Shown here piece after piece: positions 43,901 to 52,212 of a stretch of 64,000 nt of DNA. The position numbers were made by a program, and so were the translations under genes. Each line of letters starts with the position of its first letter. The first letter of the stretch is position 1. The DNA comes from a virus. The stretch lies in the IMG/VR virus record IMGVR_UViG_3300045988_050655; one strand, written 5' to 3'. Under the pieces are notes generated by a model. It made no database searches, was not told where the DNA came from, and was given only the letters and a program-made list of their open reading frames with translations.

Positions 43901-44807
43901 GCTGCTGCTTATCGTCAATCTGAGACTGGAGGTCTGTGTCCTTCTCGTGAAGCTGTTTGATAGACTTGTCTACATCTTGAATCATCTGATTTAAATCATC
44001 AGGGAGACCAGTGGCGGCTTGGATGGTTTTACGAAGCTCTGGGTCGAACTTTCCAATGCTTAGCGTGTTGTCTGCTATCTTTTCGTTTGTGACGGAGCCA
44101 TCCTTGATTTTCTCGGTAGTTACAGAATCGGGAGACAACTTGGCGTTACCGATGCTGCCATCTACTACCTGAGAAGCATCGACTGAATTGTCGGCAAGTT
44201 TGTCCTTGGTGATAGATTTTCTTGCTACCTTCTCTGTGGTTACAGACTCATTGGCGAAATGCTTGGTCTCCAAGGATGCCTCACGAACTACTCTGCCATC
44301 TACTGACTGGTCGCCCAACTTTGCATTGGTGATAGCCTTCTCTTCTACCTTCTCCGTGGTTACGGCTCGGTCGTTCAGCTTCTCGGTGATGATAGATTCA
44401 TTCTTAATCTTTTCCGATGTTACCGCATTAGGGGAGAGTTTGGAATTGTCTACTGCGCCATCATTCAACTTATCCGTGGTTACTGCCTTATTGTTGATTT
44501 TTTCGGTCTCTACAGATGAGTCGGCAAGTTTGGAGGTGGTGATGTTGGCATCTGCTACCTTGTCGGTGGTGACGGATGCAGCATCCAGTTTGTCGGTGGT
44601 TACCGATTCATTCTCCAATTTCTCTGTAGTAACGGCTTTGTCGGCAATCTGCGTAGTTCCGAGTTGGTCGGTCTTGTTGACCTTCTCGTCAAGAAGCTCC
44701 TTGGTGGATTTACCCGAACTCTCATCCTTGACATATCTGGTGTATGTCAAGGTCTCGTCGGCTGCTCCACTTACGAGCGTGTTGTTATAAACGGTTTCTT
44801 TTGCCAT
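40974..44807 (-). CDS. tail fibre protein with N-terminal decapeptide repeats and C-terminal CotH-like domain
   Basis: About 20 x (S/A)VTT(E/D)K(L/I)xDx repeats. C-terminal region has FPCAVYLNGKFYGIFSF and VDYVILSDLIKNTDGFEKNWQWFSYDGVKLYVGLYDCDQSFG (CotH signature). Confidence 0.7.
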   Translation of the reverse strand: MAKETVYNNTLVSGAADETLTYTRYVKDESSGKSTKELLDEKVNKTDQLGTTQIADKAVTTEKLENESVTTDKLDAASVTTDKVADANITTSKLADSSVETEKINNKAVTTDKLNDGAVDNSKLSPNAVTSEKIKNESIITEKLNDRAVTTEKVEEKAITNAKLGDQSVDGRVVREASLETKHFANESVTTEKVARKSITKDKLADNSVDASQVVDGSIGNAKLSPDSVTTEKIKDGSVTNEKIADNTLSIGKFDPELRKTIQAATGLPDDLNQMIQDVDKSIKQLHEKDTDLQSQIDDKQQQITANDDDISLLQTRSTQMEEAIKGISASGGASQASAVTYENTESGLDSVTAQGAIDELANKKFNKENIAQEFGDSKDKVVSQFALPFREIESPEFIKAIVDAEDHFLLGIQLDGSIEWGKGIPAPIRAKLQEIINQCQQDKTDILESINSVKEELSANITALQEGKVDKEEGKSLIEDEVKECFRIIENEEFIKAIVDSEDKVLFGFYRATGKPYYPLNEMYHVEQNEEFFALWQDAANHVLLGIRRDGQIIGEIHAVNALKQVISQLQSDLASLQEKVDTIDVYLKELLDVFSLQDNEEYLAVEQDAEGKILSATNPDGSHYIHNAKSETIPTEFSHIEDPEGRTEITIDAEEKVMSFRDLQGKKHEYDMEVTNLDVSNLNLQGNSVNNIQDALKANGFDVKTPVDWSESSFIQIPEPRFAIINVSNIDSMPTTKTDNKKAFLEFWDMHGNYFKKRAILNAQGNSSLGFIKKSVAIDLCDDEWIGDETPKVRIGEWVPQDSFHMKAYYTDFFRGVGAVSYKLYDQIVRTRGNMYDRPWKKALVEMNKISFTTKSLGNPHVGDYSLLTDTGARCFPDGFPCAVYLNGKFYGIFSFQLKKHRDNYHLDKSVAENIHLDGILGHASFFGGKDNIDWSQFEIRNPKGLYAIGGNKYDADIRQEEIAGQTEVDSWITSGTLPDGTEISSKIKKNLLFTAQVKQIIENLSDSLPKVIEAKDKYEGTKSETDLQAMKVLFEKYFDVDNLVDYVILSDLIKNTDGFEKNWQWFSYDGVKLYVGLYDCDQSFGSNDHGYSTSEPLSTHVSSFIKRPEGFIVNYYQEELSNRYKELADKGIINANNIFGLLKDWCLRIGTDFFKEEYRKWNDSPCIADSIVRSEYWNVVKDTNGNIQTSLSETFDATKAYNVGDKVSFGMNEQMGYFNFVCIKATEPLAVNEPHEVSIYSPIKQYKHCDNIYRVEKWIVQNLKNMDILYNYSR
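44037..44666 (-). repeat. 30-nt (10-aa) coding tandem repeats, about 20 copies
   Basis: AVTTEKLENE SVTTDKLDAA SVTTDKVADA NITTSKLADS SVETEKINNK AVTTDKLNDG ... Confidence 0.85.
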
Positions 44808-44808
44808 A

Positions 44809-45723
44809 TTACTTTAATTTTGCGTTATATATATATTCTCCTGCTTTCAACTCATCTGTCCAATAATAGTAGATGTCGCCTACCTTGGTGGAGTAGAGGG
44901 ATGCGGTGAGTCCTGACTGATAGAACTCTACTGGAACACGGCTGGCGAACCAGATGTATGGTTTCTCCTTGGTGGTGGTGATGTTGATAGACTTGTCTAC
45001 GATGTCGCCCACTACCTTGGTGAGGTCTTCCATGTTGAACTGGCACATATTCTTGGCTGCGGTGGCTCCGTAATAGTAGATGTTATCGTCGCCATTTGCC
45101 ATGATGCTTACGTAGCCTGATACGGCTGGAATCTCTATCTTGCCATCCTTGTAGGCTTCTCTTGTGATGTCGGTTCCGTCCATGACTACCTTCACCAAAC
45201 CGAGATTGAAACCTTCTGCTGGAGTCAGCACTGTTTCATACTTCTCGCCCAACTTCAATGTGGCAGGAGTAGAGGAGAGGGTAACATCATCCAATGAGTA
45301 GACAAAGGTGCAGTCTGATTGGTTCTTGGTGACCATGTAATATCGAAGGTCGAACATGCCAACCGTCTCGCCTTGGAAGACTCCACAAGGAACCTTCACC
45401 CTATGATTGGTCTCAATAATCTGCAAGATGTTTCGCTCCACACTCTTCATGGCATAACCATCGTAGTTCCATGATACGGCTATATTGTAGTTGCCGATGT
45501 CAAGGGTGGATGGGATATTGCACACCAGCACATTATGCTCTATGCCACCGATGGACGTTGGCACGATGATGGAATCATCGAAACAGCATTGCAGTTCCAC
45601 CTTGATGTCGGATGCCTGAGTCATATCGAAGTCAACCAAGCGGTTGAACTCCTTAGACATATCCATCTTCCGCACCAAGATGTGGAGTTTGAAACTGTTG
45701 CCTTGTACAATTTTATAAATCAT
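44809..45723 (-). CDS. hypothetical tail-associated protein
   Basis: 304-aa ORF. Its stop lies 2 nt before the tail-fibre ATG. Confidence 0.45.
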   Translation of the reverse strand: MIYKIVQGNSFKLHILVRKMDMSKEFNRLVDFDMTQASDIKVELQCCFDDSIIVPTSIGGIEHNVLVCNIPSTLDIGNYNIAVSWNYDGYAMKSVERNILQIIETNHRVKVPCGVFQGETVGMFDLRYYMVTKNQSDCTFVYSLDDVTLSSTPATLKLGEKYETVLTPAEGFNLGLVKVVMDGTDITREAYKDGKIEIPAVSGYVSIMANGDDNIYYYGATAAKNMCQFNMEDLTKVVGDIVDKSINITTTKEKPYIWFASRVPVEFYQSGLTASLYSTKVGDIYYYWTDELKAGEYIYNAKLK

Positions 45724-45750
45724 ATTTGATACACATTATTAATAATAGTG

Positions 45751-45758
45751 CAAAGATA
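45751..45758 (-). promoter_or_regulatory. Bacteroidota -7 box (TATCTTTG on minus strand)
   Basis: Plus strand reads caaagata. 28 nt upstream of ATG 45723. Confidence 0.5.
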
Positions 45759-45810
45759 GGCAGAAATTTCTATACCTATCTTTTATCCGTTTATTTAGGT
45801 GGAATATTTT

Positions 45811-46116
45811 TTAGATTAAGCCCTTCCAGCGGAGGAACTTGCGCTTGCGGCTTTCCTTGCCTTTCTTGCTCTTGCAGTTGGTATGGTAGACGCAATCCTT
45901 GAAGAGGTCTCTGACCTTCATGTCGTTGTCTACAAGTTTGGTCTTCTTGAATGCCTCGAATAGCGAGCGGTTCATAATCATGAGGTTTCCCTTCTGCGTA
46001 GGAAGGACGTAGAAGATTTCACCATGGTTCTTCTTGGATGCGTAGTCTGCCTTAGCCGTAGCTTGGCGGTACATGATTTCGCACTTGATGCGCTTGATAA
46101 TCTTTGTTACTTTCAT
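45811..46116 (-). CDS. hypothetical basic protein
   Basis: 101-aa ORF downstream of terL. Confidence 0.45.
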   Translation of the reverse strand: MKVTKIIKRIKCEIMYRQATAKADYASKKNHGEIFYVLPTQKGNLMIMNRSLFEAFKKTKLVDNDMKVRDLFKDCVYHTNCKSKKGKESRKRKFLRWKGLI

Positions 46117-46138
46117 AATCGTAATTATTAATTTGAAA

Positions 46139-48295
46139 CTATATGATGGTTGCTGCCGAAACAGAAACCTTTCTTCTCATTACTCTTGCCTGATTCTGTA
46201 TCATCTTAGGCATTTCCATTTCGTTGAAGCAGATATGGAGTCCGATGGCTCTTGTCATGAGCAAATCATCGTGCTTACCGTCAATGGCTCCGTATGCTCC
46301 GTTCTTCTTACGCTCATAGGTAAGGTACTCATTTAGGCATCGCTGGTCACGTTCAACGTATAGATGCTCTCTGACTACCTGAACCAGTACTGAGATAACC
46401 ATTGGCTTGGTTGCTACATTGGTATGGAATCCGTACTTACGTGGAAGACCTTCCTTAATGTCTGCTTCGCTCTGCTTGCGTGCATAGAGGTTATCGTACT
46501 CATCCTTGATTTGATTCAGGATGAACTCAGACTGGTCACCACCTTCCAAGATGTGCTCCTTGTCTTTCGTCTCTAAGGTGTTGGATTCAATTACCAAGAG
46601 GGCATTATCGTAGTACTTGGCTATCTGGGCAGCCTTCCATGCCAACAAGTCCATATCTATGTGTCCGTACCATTGGGCTACCACATACGGCTTGCCACCT
46701 TCCATCATCCAATAGCGGTCGAAGACACAGATAACAGACCAGTCTGCCTTGCTACCTCTACCACCAATATCTACTACTACCAGATAGCGGTTGGTTACTT
46801 TGCAATCGTCAAAGTACTCAGGCTTGCTCCATATCCACAACTGCCCAGTCTTGTCTTCCGAGAATCGTACATTCTGTAGGCATTTCTTGCCCTTGTAACC
46901 ATCCCCATATACGTCACCGATGAATTTTGGTGCTCTGCAACCTTTCTTGAACTGGTCAACTTTCTCTTCTGCAAATACCTTGGCTCCTGAGTGCTTGAAA
47001 GCCTCTACTGGGTCAGAAGGGAATCCGCTAGCCATATCTCCGTGGTCAGTGAACTTCTTGCGTTCCACGATATACCAGTTAAGAGCTTCCAACGGTGCTC
47101 CCATCTGCCACAACTTCCAAAGATAAGTTACTGGCTCCTCACGATTCGACATCGTGTTGGTGTTGTTGCGGTTTTCGTATAGCCATTTGGCGAACTCCTC
47201 TTTCTGTTTCTTGCTCTCGAAGTCAAGATGGTAGAGGTCGTAAATCTCAAACCAAGGAACGAAGAACGGCTCAAATACAGATTCACCTTTCTCTGCTGCC
47301 AGCCACTCCTGATGGAAGAAGTTTCCAGTACCATTGGCGGTTGATTCATATACAATCATCGTGTATGGTCGGTAGAGCACACCATTGGTTGCATTCTGGA
47401 TAACCTCCTCAGGAGACTTACCTTCTGTCTTCTCCCATAATCCTACCTCGGAGCAGTGGATGAGGTTGTAATCTTCACCATTTGCAGAAGTAGGTTTCTG
47501 CATGGAACCTACTTTAATCTTGCAGAATCGCTGAGGAACCTTCTTCACGTTTCCTGATGTTCCAACTCCAACAAACTTAGGCTCGCTATCAGAATATACT
47601 TCGCCCATTTCGTGCAGGAACTTGGTTGGAAATTCCTTCAACGCTTCATCGAACATGCCTCGGATGGTTTCTGCGGTGTCCTTGACCTGAGCAATAATCA
47701 GCGAGTTGAGACCCTTCTGCCACATGAGTTGCAGCCAGAGGAAGTACATCTGAATGACCGTAGAACCTCCCCATTGTCGGGCTTTCAGCAGGATGAGACG
47801 GATAGGGCGATTTTTCTTTCTTCGCTCCTCCAGCCACCTGAGCAGTCTGCGCTGCGGTCTTCTGAGCACAAAGCGGAAGGGGAGACCTCCACCTTTCGGT
47901 TTGATATAGATGAACGTGGCGAAAAAGAAGAAGGGGTCGTGTTTCATCCTGATGCGAGTGAACTGCTCCACCAGTTGCTCCATTTCTTCCTCTAGGTTGT
48001 ATGGCTCGTCTATATCCTTGTGCAGTTCCTCGATTACTGCCTTGCAGCTACCCAGTTCGATGAGCATCTTGACGAGCGGAATTTTCTTCATCGAAACAGG
48101 AAGCTGCTGTCTCTGAATCGGGAAATCAGGAAGGAAGAGCAGAAATCGCTTGTCTCCACAACCTTCACCCTTGATAGGATTGAAGGGTGTGTTGATTTCC
48201 TTGATGCGTTTCTCGTTCTCTTTCAGGATGCCCAATACGTGTTTGTCTAGAGCATCTGTGAGTTTGGCTTGTGTGGCGGTTACTTGTCTTGGCAT
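46139..48295 (-). CDS. terL: terminase large subunit
   Basis: ILLKARQWGGSTVIQ (Walker A-type), YNLIHCSEVGLWE (Walker B), VVVDIGGRGSKADWSVICVFD (RNase H-like nuclease). ATG 48295 (MPRQVTATQ) was chosen. The track ORF extends to 48367. Confidence 0.85.
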   Translation of the reverse strand: MPRQVTATQAKLTDALDKHVLGILKENEKRIKEINTPFNPIKGEGCGDKRFLLFLPDFPIQRQQLPVSMKKIPLVKMLIELGSCKAVIEELHKDIDEPYNLEEEMEQLVEQFTRIRMKHDPFFFFATFIYIKPKGGGLPFRFVLRRPQRRLLRWLEERRKKNRPIRLILLKARQWGGSTVIQMYFLWLQLMWQKGLNSLIIAQVKDTAETIRGMFDEALKEFPTKFLHEMGEVYSDSEPKFVGVGTSGNVKKVPQRFCKIKVGSMQKPTSANGEDYNLIHCSEVGLWEKTEGKSPEEVIQNATNGVLYRPYTMIVYESTANGTGNFFHQEWLAAEKGESVFEPFFVPWFEIYDLYHLDFESKKQKEEFAKWLYENRNNTNTMSNREEPVTYLWKLWQMGAPLEALNWYIVERKKFTDHGDMASGFPSDPVEAFKHSGAKVFAEEKVDQFKKGCRAPKFIGDVYGDGYKGKKCLQNVRFSEDKTGQLWIWSKPEYFDDCKVTNRYLVVVDIGGRGSKADWSVICVFDRYWMMEGGKPYVVAQWYGHIDMDLLAWKAAQIAKYYDNALLVIESNTLETKDKEHILEGGDQSEFILNQIKDEYDNLYARKQSEADIKEGLPRKYGFHTNVATKPMVISVLVQVVREHLYVERDQRCLNEYLTYERKKNGAYGAIDGKHDDLLMTRAIGLHICFNEMEMPKMIQNQARVMRRKVSVSAATII

Positions 48296-48759
48296 AGCGG
48301 TGCATTTAAATATCCCCACAACAGACCAAGTACATAGCAATAGATGTGGACTCCAACTGCCATGCAAGGGAAGAAGATTCCAACACAGATATATAGGAGA
48401 ATGGTGAGATTGTATCTTACCTTATTCTCCACGTAGGGGGCGATAAAGCCCATGTAAGCATAGATAAAGCCGCTGAGACCGATGATTGGTAGGGATGAGG
48501 TGAAGGGATAGCTGACGGCTATGAGATAGAATGCCACCATGTGACCGATGCCGCAATGGATGGCTCGGTAGCATTGATGGAAGACGTAAAGGTTGATGGC
48601 TGCATGAAAGATGTTCTGATGAAAGAAAGGGTAGCTTAGTCGGTTCTGAATAGAACAACCGTCTGAGAGACCCATGCCATCATATCCTAGAAAAGTGATA
48701 CACATTATTATAATGTACCCAGCATAAAGCGCAATCTTTTCTTTCGTCTCTCGTAGCAT
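48280..48759 (-). CDS. rhomboid-family intramembrane serine protease
   Basis: FFHQNIFHAAINL (H-x4-H-x3-N, TM2), IIGLSGFIYAYMGF (GxSG, TM4), VGVHIYCYVLGLLWG (His, TM6). Six hydrophobic segments. Overlaps terL by 16 nt and the upstream gene by 52 nt (alternative ATG at 48705). Confidence 0.8.
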   Translation of the reverse strand: MLRETKEKIALYAGYIIIMCITFLGYDGMGLSDGCSIQNRLSYPFFHQNIFHAAINLYVFHQCYRAIHCGIGHMVAFYLIAVSYPFTSSLPIIGLSGFIYAYMGFIAPYVENKVRYNLTILLYICVGIFFPCMAVGVHIYCYVLGLLWGYLNAPLCQDK

Positions 48760-49163
48760 CTTTGCTTCTCCTCCTTTCTCACCCTGCTAAGAATTACGTG
48801 TATGCTTTGAGGAGTCAAGTAGAAACTGGGTGCTTTTTCAGCACATACACGTTTGATGATTTCCATATTACTGAGATATGGCTCATTACTCTTATGAATC
48901 TGGAATCGTCTGAAAATCTCCTGATACATTTCCTTTCGGGTAGGAATCATGTTATCAAGTGGTTTTCCTTTCAGTAAGTCTAATATGACTATATAAGCAC
49001 GGTCTTCTGAAACCCAAAATCTTCTGCTCGGAGACTGGGCTAGCTTCTGCTCAATCTCTGAGAGTCTGATATTGTCTCTTACCTTAATAATTTCTTTGTA
49101 AGCCCTCAATAAATCAGCGTCACGTTCCTGTATAAAATAGCATCGTGAATCCTTATATTTCAT
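48708..49163 (-). CDS. hypothetical protein in the small-terminase position
   Basis: 151 aa, first gene of the packaging operon. I recognise no motif, so the TerS role is positional inference only. Confidence 0.35.
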   Translation of the reverse strand: MKYKDSRCYFIQERDADLLRAYKEIIKVRDNIRLSEIEQKLAQSPSRRFWVSEDRAYIVILDLLKGKPLDNMIPTRKEMYQEIFRRFQIHKSNEPYLSNMEIIKRVCAEKAPSFYLTPQSIHVILSRVRKEEKQRCYERRKKRLRFMLGTL

Positions 49164-49174
49164 ATCTGACCCTG

Positions 49175-49182
49175 CAAATATA
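49175..49182 (-). promoter_or_regulatory. Bacteroidota -7 box (TATATTTG on minus strand) for the packaging operon
   Basis: Plus strand reads caaatata. 12 nt upstream of ATG 49163. Confidence 0.4.
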
Positions 49183-49256
49183 CAAAAAAGTATTGAATTA
49201 GTCGCATCCGATTAGATTAAATTAACGGATAAAAGATGAAAATCGGAAAAAAGCAT

Positions 49257-49264
49257 TAATTTTG
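49257..49264 (+). promoter_or_regulatory. Bacteroidota -7 box (TAATTTTG) for the head operon
   Basis: 32 nt upstream of ATG 49296. Divergent from the box at 49175-49182. Confidence 0.45.
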
Positions 49265-49295
49265 GGCATTGATTTATAAATTTACACATATATAT

Positions 49296-50111
49296 ATGGA
49301 CGAAAATACAAATATTGAGCAGAATGCTGGTGCTGCAAAACAGCAAGACACCAAGACCAAGAGAGACTTGGCTTTGGAGCGTTTGAAGACCCGCCACCCT
49401 GACACGGAGTATGCGGATGATGAGGCTATGTATGGGGCAATCAATGATGATTATGATGCCGACCAGAAGGCTTTGCAGGGTTACAAGGATAACGAGAAGG
49501 CGATGGGCGATTGGCTGGGTAGTGACCCTGAGGCGGCTACCTTCCTTCAAGCGATGAAGGCTGGCAAGAGTCCTTACGCTGAGTTGATTCGTACTCATGG
49601 TGAGGATGCCATTGACTACTACTCTGACCCTGACAATGCGGATGAGATTGCATCGGCTCAGTCGGAGTTCTTGCAGAATGCTGCCAACGGCAAGAAATTG
49701 CAGGAGGAGTATGACAAGAACATGCCATCCAGCTATGAAGTATTCGACAAGTTGGAAGAGAAGTATGGCGAGGAAGCTGTGAATGAAGCCATTGACCAGT
49801 GCTTTCAGACAATGCGCAATGTGGTGACTGGTAAGTTTACCGAGGAAATGATTACTGCTTTCATCAAGGCTAAGAACCATGATACCGATGTGGCTGATGC
49901 GGCACATGAGGGTGAGGTTCGTGGCAAGAACAGCAAGCACGTCAAGAACTTGCAGCTACGCAAGAAGGGTGATGGTACTGCCGACCTTGATTCTGCCAAT
50001 GCGGAGACCAAGCCAACGGATAACCAGCCTGACCTTGGTGCTGTGGGCAGGGTATCACGAAGGGGTAACGTCTGGGAACGTGGTAACGAGAAGAGAACAC
50101 ACATTAGATAA
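49296..50111 (+). CDS. acidic scaffold-like protein
   Basis: D/E-rich helical protein directly upstream of the capsid gene. ATG 49296 lies within track ORF 49269-50111. Confidence 0.45.
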   Translation: MDENTNIEQNAGAAKQQDTKTKRDLALERLKTRHPDTEYADDEAMYGAINDDYDADQKALQGYKDNEKAMGDWLGSDPEAATFLQAMKAGKSPYAELIRTHGEDAIDYYSDPDNADEIASAQSEFLQNAANGKKLQEEYDKNMPSSYEVFDKLEEKYGEEAVNEAIDQCFQTMRNVVTGKFTEEMITAFIKAKNHDTDVADAAHEGEVRGKNSKHVKNLQLRKKGDGTADLDSANAETKPTDNQPDLGAVGRVSRRGNVWERGNEKRTHIR

Positions 50112-50164
50112 TTCGACAAGGTGAAAAGATAATATATAATGTTTAATTAATATTCAGAATAACA

Positions 50165-51706
50165 ATGAAGAAAAGTACATTTAATCGGCTGCTTTCCATC
50201 TTCCTGATGGTTATGGCAGTTATTTTTGGAGTGAATGGTCAGGTTATCATGGCTGAGGCGGCAAATCTGCCTGATGGCGGTAGTACCGAGAGTGGTGCTG
50301 CTGCCGAGGCTGGTGGTGCTCCTGCTGCTGGTGAGGCTGGCAATGGTGGTGCGGCTCGTCAGAGTGAAGGTATCAAGACTGAGACTCAGGGTCGTGAGCA
50401 CTATAACGAGAACGGCACGGAGTATTACCTGAACGACATTGATGAGAAGATTACCAAGATTCGCCCGATGGCTACTCCAGTTGACCAGATTTCACGCTAT
50501 GCGACAACCAAGTCTGCCAATTCATTTGTAGTTGAGTATTGGAGTATCGGTACACGTCCTATCAAGACTACCGTGAAGGAAGCAACGGTGGAGAGTACTG
50601 GTACATCTATGGTATTGAAGGTAGAAGACCCTACCATGTTTACGCTGGATGATACCATCCGAGTGGTAGGCGTGAAGGCAATTACCAACTATAAGGGTGT
50701 TGCATATTCTACCATTACTGATGCTCCTACTCCTGATTTGGAACTTTGCGTTTGCGGTAAGGACACAGAGGGCTACCCTATTGTATATGCCGTAAATGGT
50801 AAGTTGATTAACAAGCAGGCTATCGGTGTTCCTGCCTTGAAGAAGGGTCAGAAGCTTATCCGTATGGCTAAGAGTTGTGGTGAAATGGACGTTCAGACGG
50901 GTCGTTTCAACAACCTTCCTGCATCTGAGACCCAGTATTGTCAGAACTTCATGATTCAGGTTGAGCAGAGTACCTTCGACAAGATTGCAGCCAAGCGAGT
51001 GGATTGGGACTTCTCGGACATTGAGGAGGATAGCATCTATGATATGCGTCTTGCCATGGAGGGTACTTATCTCTTCGGTGATATGGCTTGCATCAAGCAT
51101 GAGGTTAAGAATGGTTCTGCCCAGTGGTTTACCAAGGGTATCTGGTGGATGGCTGGTAAGGACATTGAGGTAGGTCATGTTGCTACTGCTGATGATATTA
51201 AGAAGGGCTACAACAAGAATGAGCGAGTGATTACCGACTTGGAGTTGGTTGACATTTCCAAGGACTTGTTTGTGGGTACTGGTATCGGCAACAAACGCAA
51301 GGTGATTATCGCTGGTTCTGACTTCGTGAGCGCATTCAGCAAGATTGATTCCGACAAGTTCCGCTTGAAGGACACCGTTGATATTTGGAAGTTGAAGTTC
51401 AAGAGTTGGGAGACTGACTTTGGTGAGGTGCTGATGATTCACTCTGAGTTGTTCGACCTCTTCGGCATGAGTGACTGCGGCTTTGCCCTTGACCCTGAGT
51501 TCTTGGTTAAGCGAGTACACTTGTCTTGGACACGAAACGTGCTCGACTTGAAGGCGGCTGGCATCCGTAACACCGATGCAGTGGTTATTCAGGAGGTAGC
51601 TTGTCTGTACTTGAAGTACCCTAAGGCACATGCTCGTATGCGCCTTGCCAAGATTCCTGAGGAGGTTTCTCAGACAGATGATGCAGAGGTGAAGGCTGCT
51701 GCCTAA
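50165..51706 (+). CDS. major capsid protein candidate (HK97-fold, SU10/DUF5309-like pattern)
   Basis: EKITKIRPMATPVDQISRYATTKSANSFVVEYWSIG resembles the MCP 'I..I.P..TP......' signature. Lies between the scaffold-like and portal genes and is followed by a strong terminator. The N-terminus is signal-peptide-like. An alternative ATG lies at 50249. Confidence 0.6.
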   Translation: MKKSTFNRLLSIFLMVMAVIFGVNGQVIMAEAANLPDGGSTESGAAAEAGGAPAAGEAGNGGAARQSEGIKTETQGREHYNENGTEYYLNDIDEKITKIRPMATPVDQISRYATTKSANSFVVEYWSIGTRPIKTTVKEATVESTGTSMVLKVEDPTMFTLDDTIRVVGVKAITNYKGVAYSTITDAPTPDLELCVCGKDTEGYPIVYAVNGKLINKQAIGVPALKKGQKLIRMAKSCGEMDVQTGRFNNLPASETQYCQNFMIQVEQSTFDKIAAKRVDWDFSDIEEDSIYDMRLAMEGTYLFGDMACIKHEVKNGSAQWFTKGIWWMAGKDIEVGHVATADDIKKGYNKNERVITDLELVDISKDLFVGTGIGNKRKVIIAGSDFVSAFSKIDSDKFRLKDTVDIWKLKFKSWETDFGEVLMIHSELFDLFGMSDCGFALDPEFLVKRVHLSWTRNVLDLKAAGIRNTDAVVIQEVACLYLKYPKAHARMRLAKIPEEVSQTDDAEVKAAA

Positions 51707-51742
51707 AAGCAAGTAGATTTGTAAATTATTCATTAAATAGTG

Positions 51743-51776
51743 AGGGGTGTGGGCACTAGCCCCATCCCTTTTTTTT
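51743..51776 (+). terminator. rho-independent terminator after the capsid gene
   Basis: aggggtgtgggcactagccccatccct followed by T8. Confidence 0.6.
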
Positions 51777-51804
51777 AGTAACACATATATAATAAGGTAT
51801 AATC

Positions 51805-52212
51805 ATGTTTAATAAATATCAAGCAGGAACAGATTTGGCATTCAGCGTTATGGTAGGTAACGAGCGGATGCGCATTGTCTTTGAGGGTAAGAGTATGGGC
51901 AGTAGTGTTTATATGACAAGAGACCCTAAGGTGCAGAAGGCTATCGAGTCGCATTATTGGTTTAATGACAAGTTCTTCTTGGTGGAGAGTATTGACGAGA
52001 AGAAGGAAGCTGCTGAGGCAAAGAAGAAGGCTGCTGCCAAGACCAAGAAGAAGGTGGCTGACGAGAAGAAGACCCACGTAGTGACAGACGTAGAGGATGC
52101 CAAGGACTATCTGGCTGAGACCTATGGTGTGAGCCGTTCTAAAATGAAGACCAAGGAAGACATCTTGGCTATTGCCAAGGAAAAGGGTGTTGAACTAGAA
52201 GGACTGGAGTAA
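51805..52212 (+). CDS. hypothetical head-associated protein with Lys/Ala-rich linker
   Basis: 135-aa ORF. EKKEAAEAKKKAAAKTKKK. Confidence 0.45.
   Translation: MFNKYQAGTDLAFSVMVGNERMRIVFEGKSMGSSVYMTRDPKVQKAIESHYWFNDKFFLVESIDEKKEAAEAKKKAAAKTKKKVADEKKTHVVTDVEDAKDYLAETYGVSRSKMKTKEDILAIAKEKGVELEGLE

Noticed and set aside
44188-44790. 200-aa plus-strand ORF with a striking SVVTD/FSVVTA periodicity.
   Set aside because: It is the antisense reading of the 30-nt tail-fibre repeats. The minus-strand frame is continuous for 1,277 aa and carries recognisable tail-fibre and CotH sequence.
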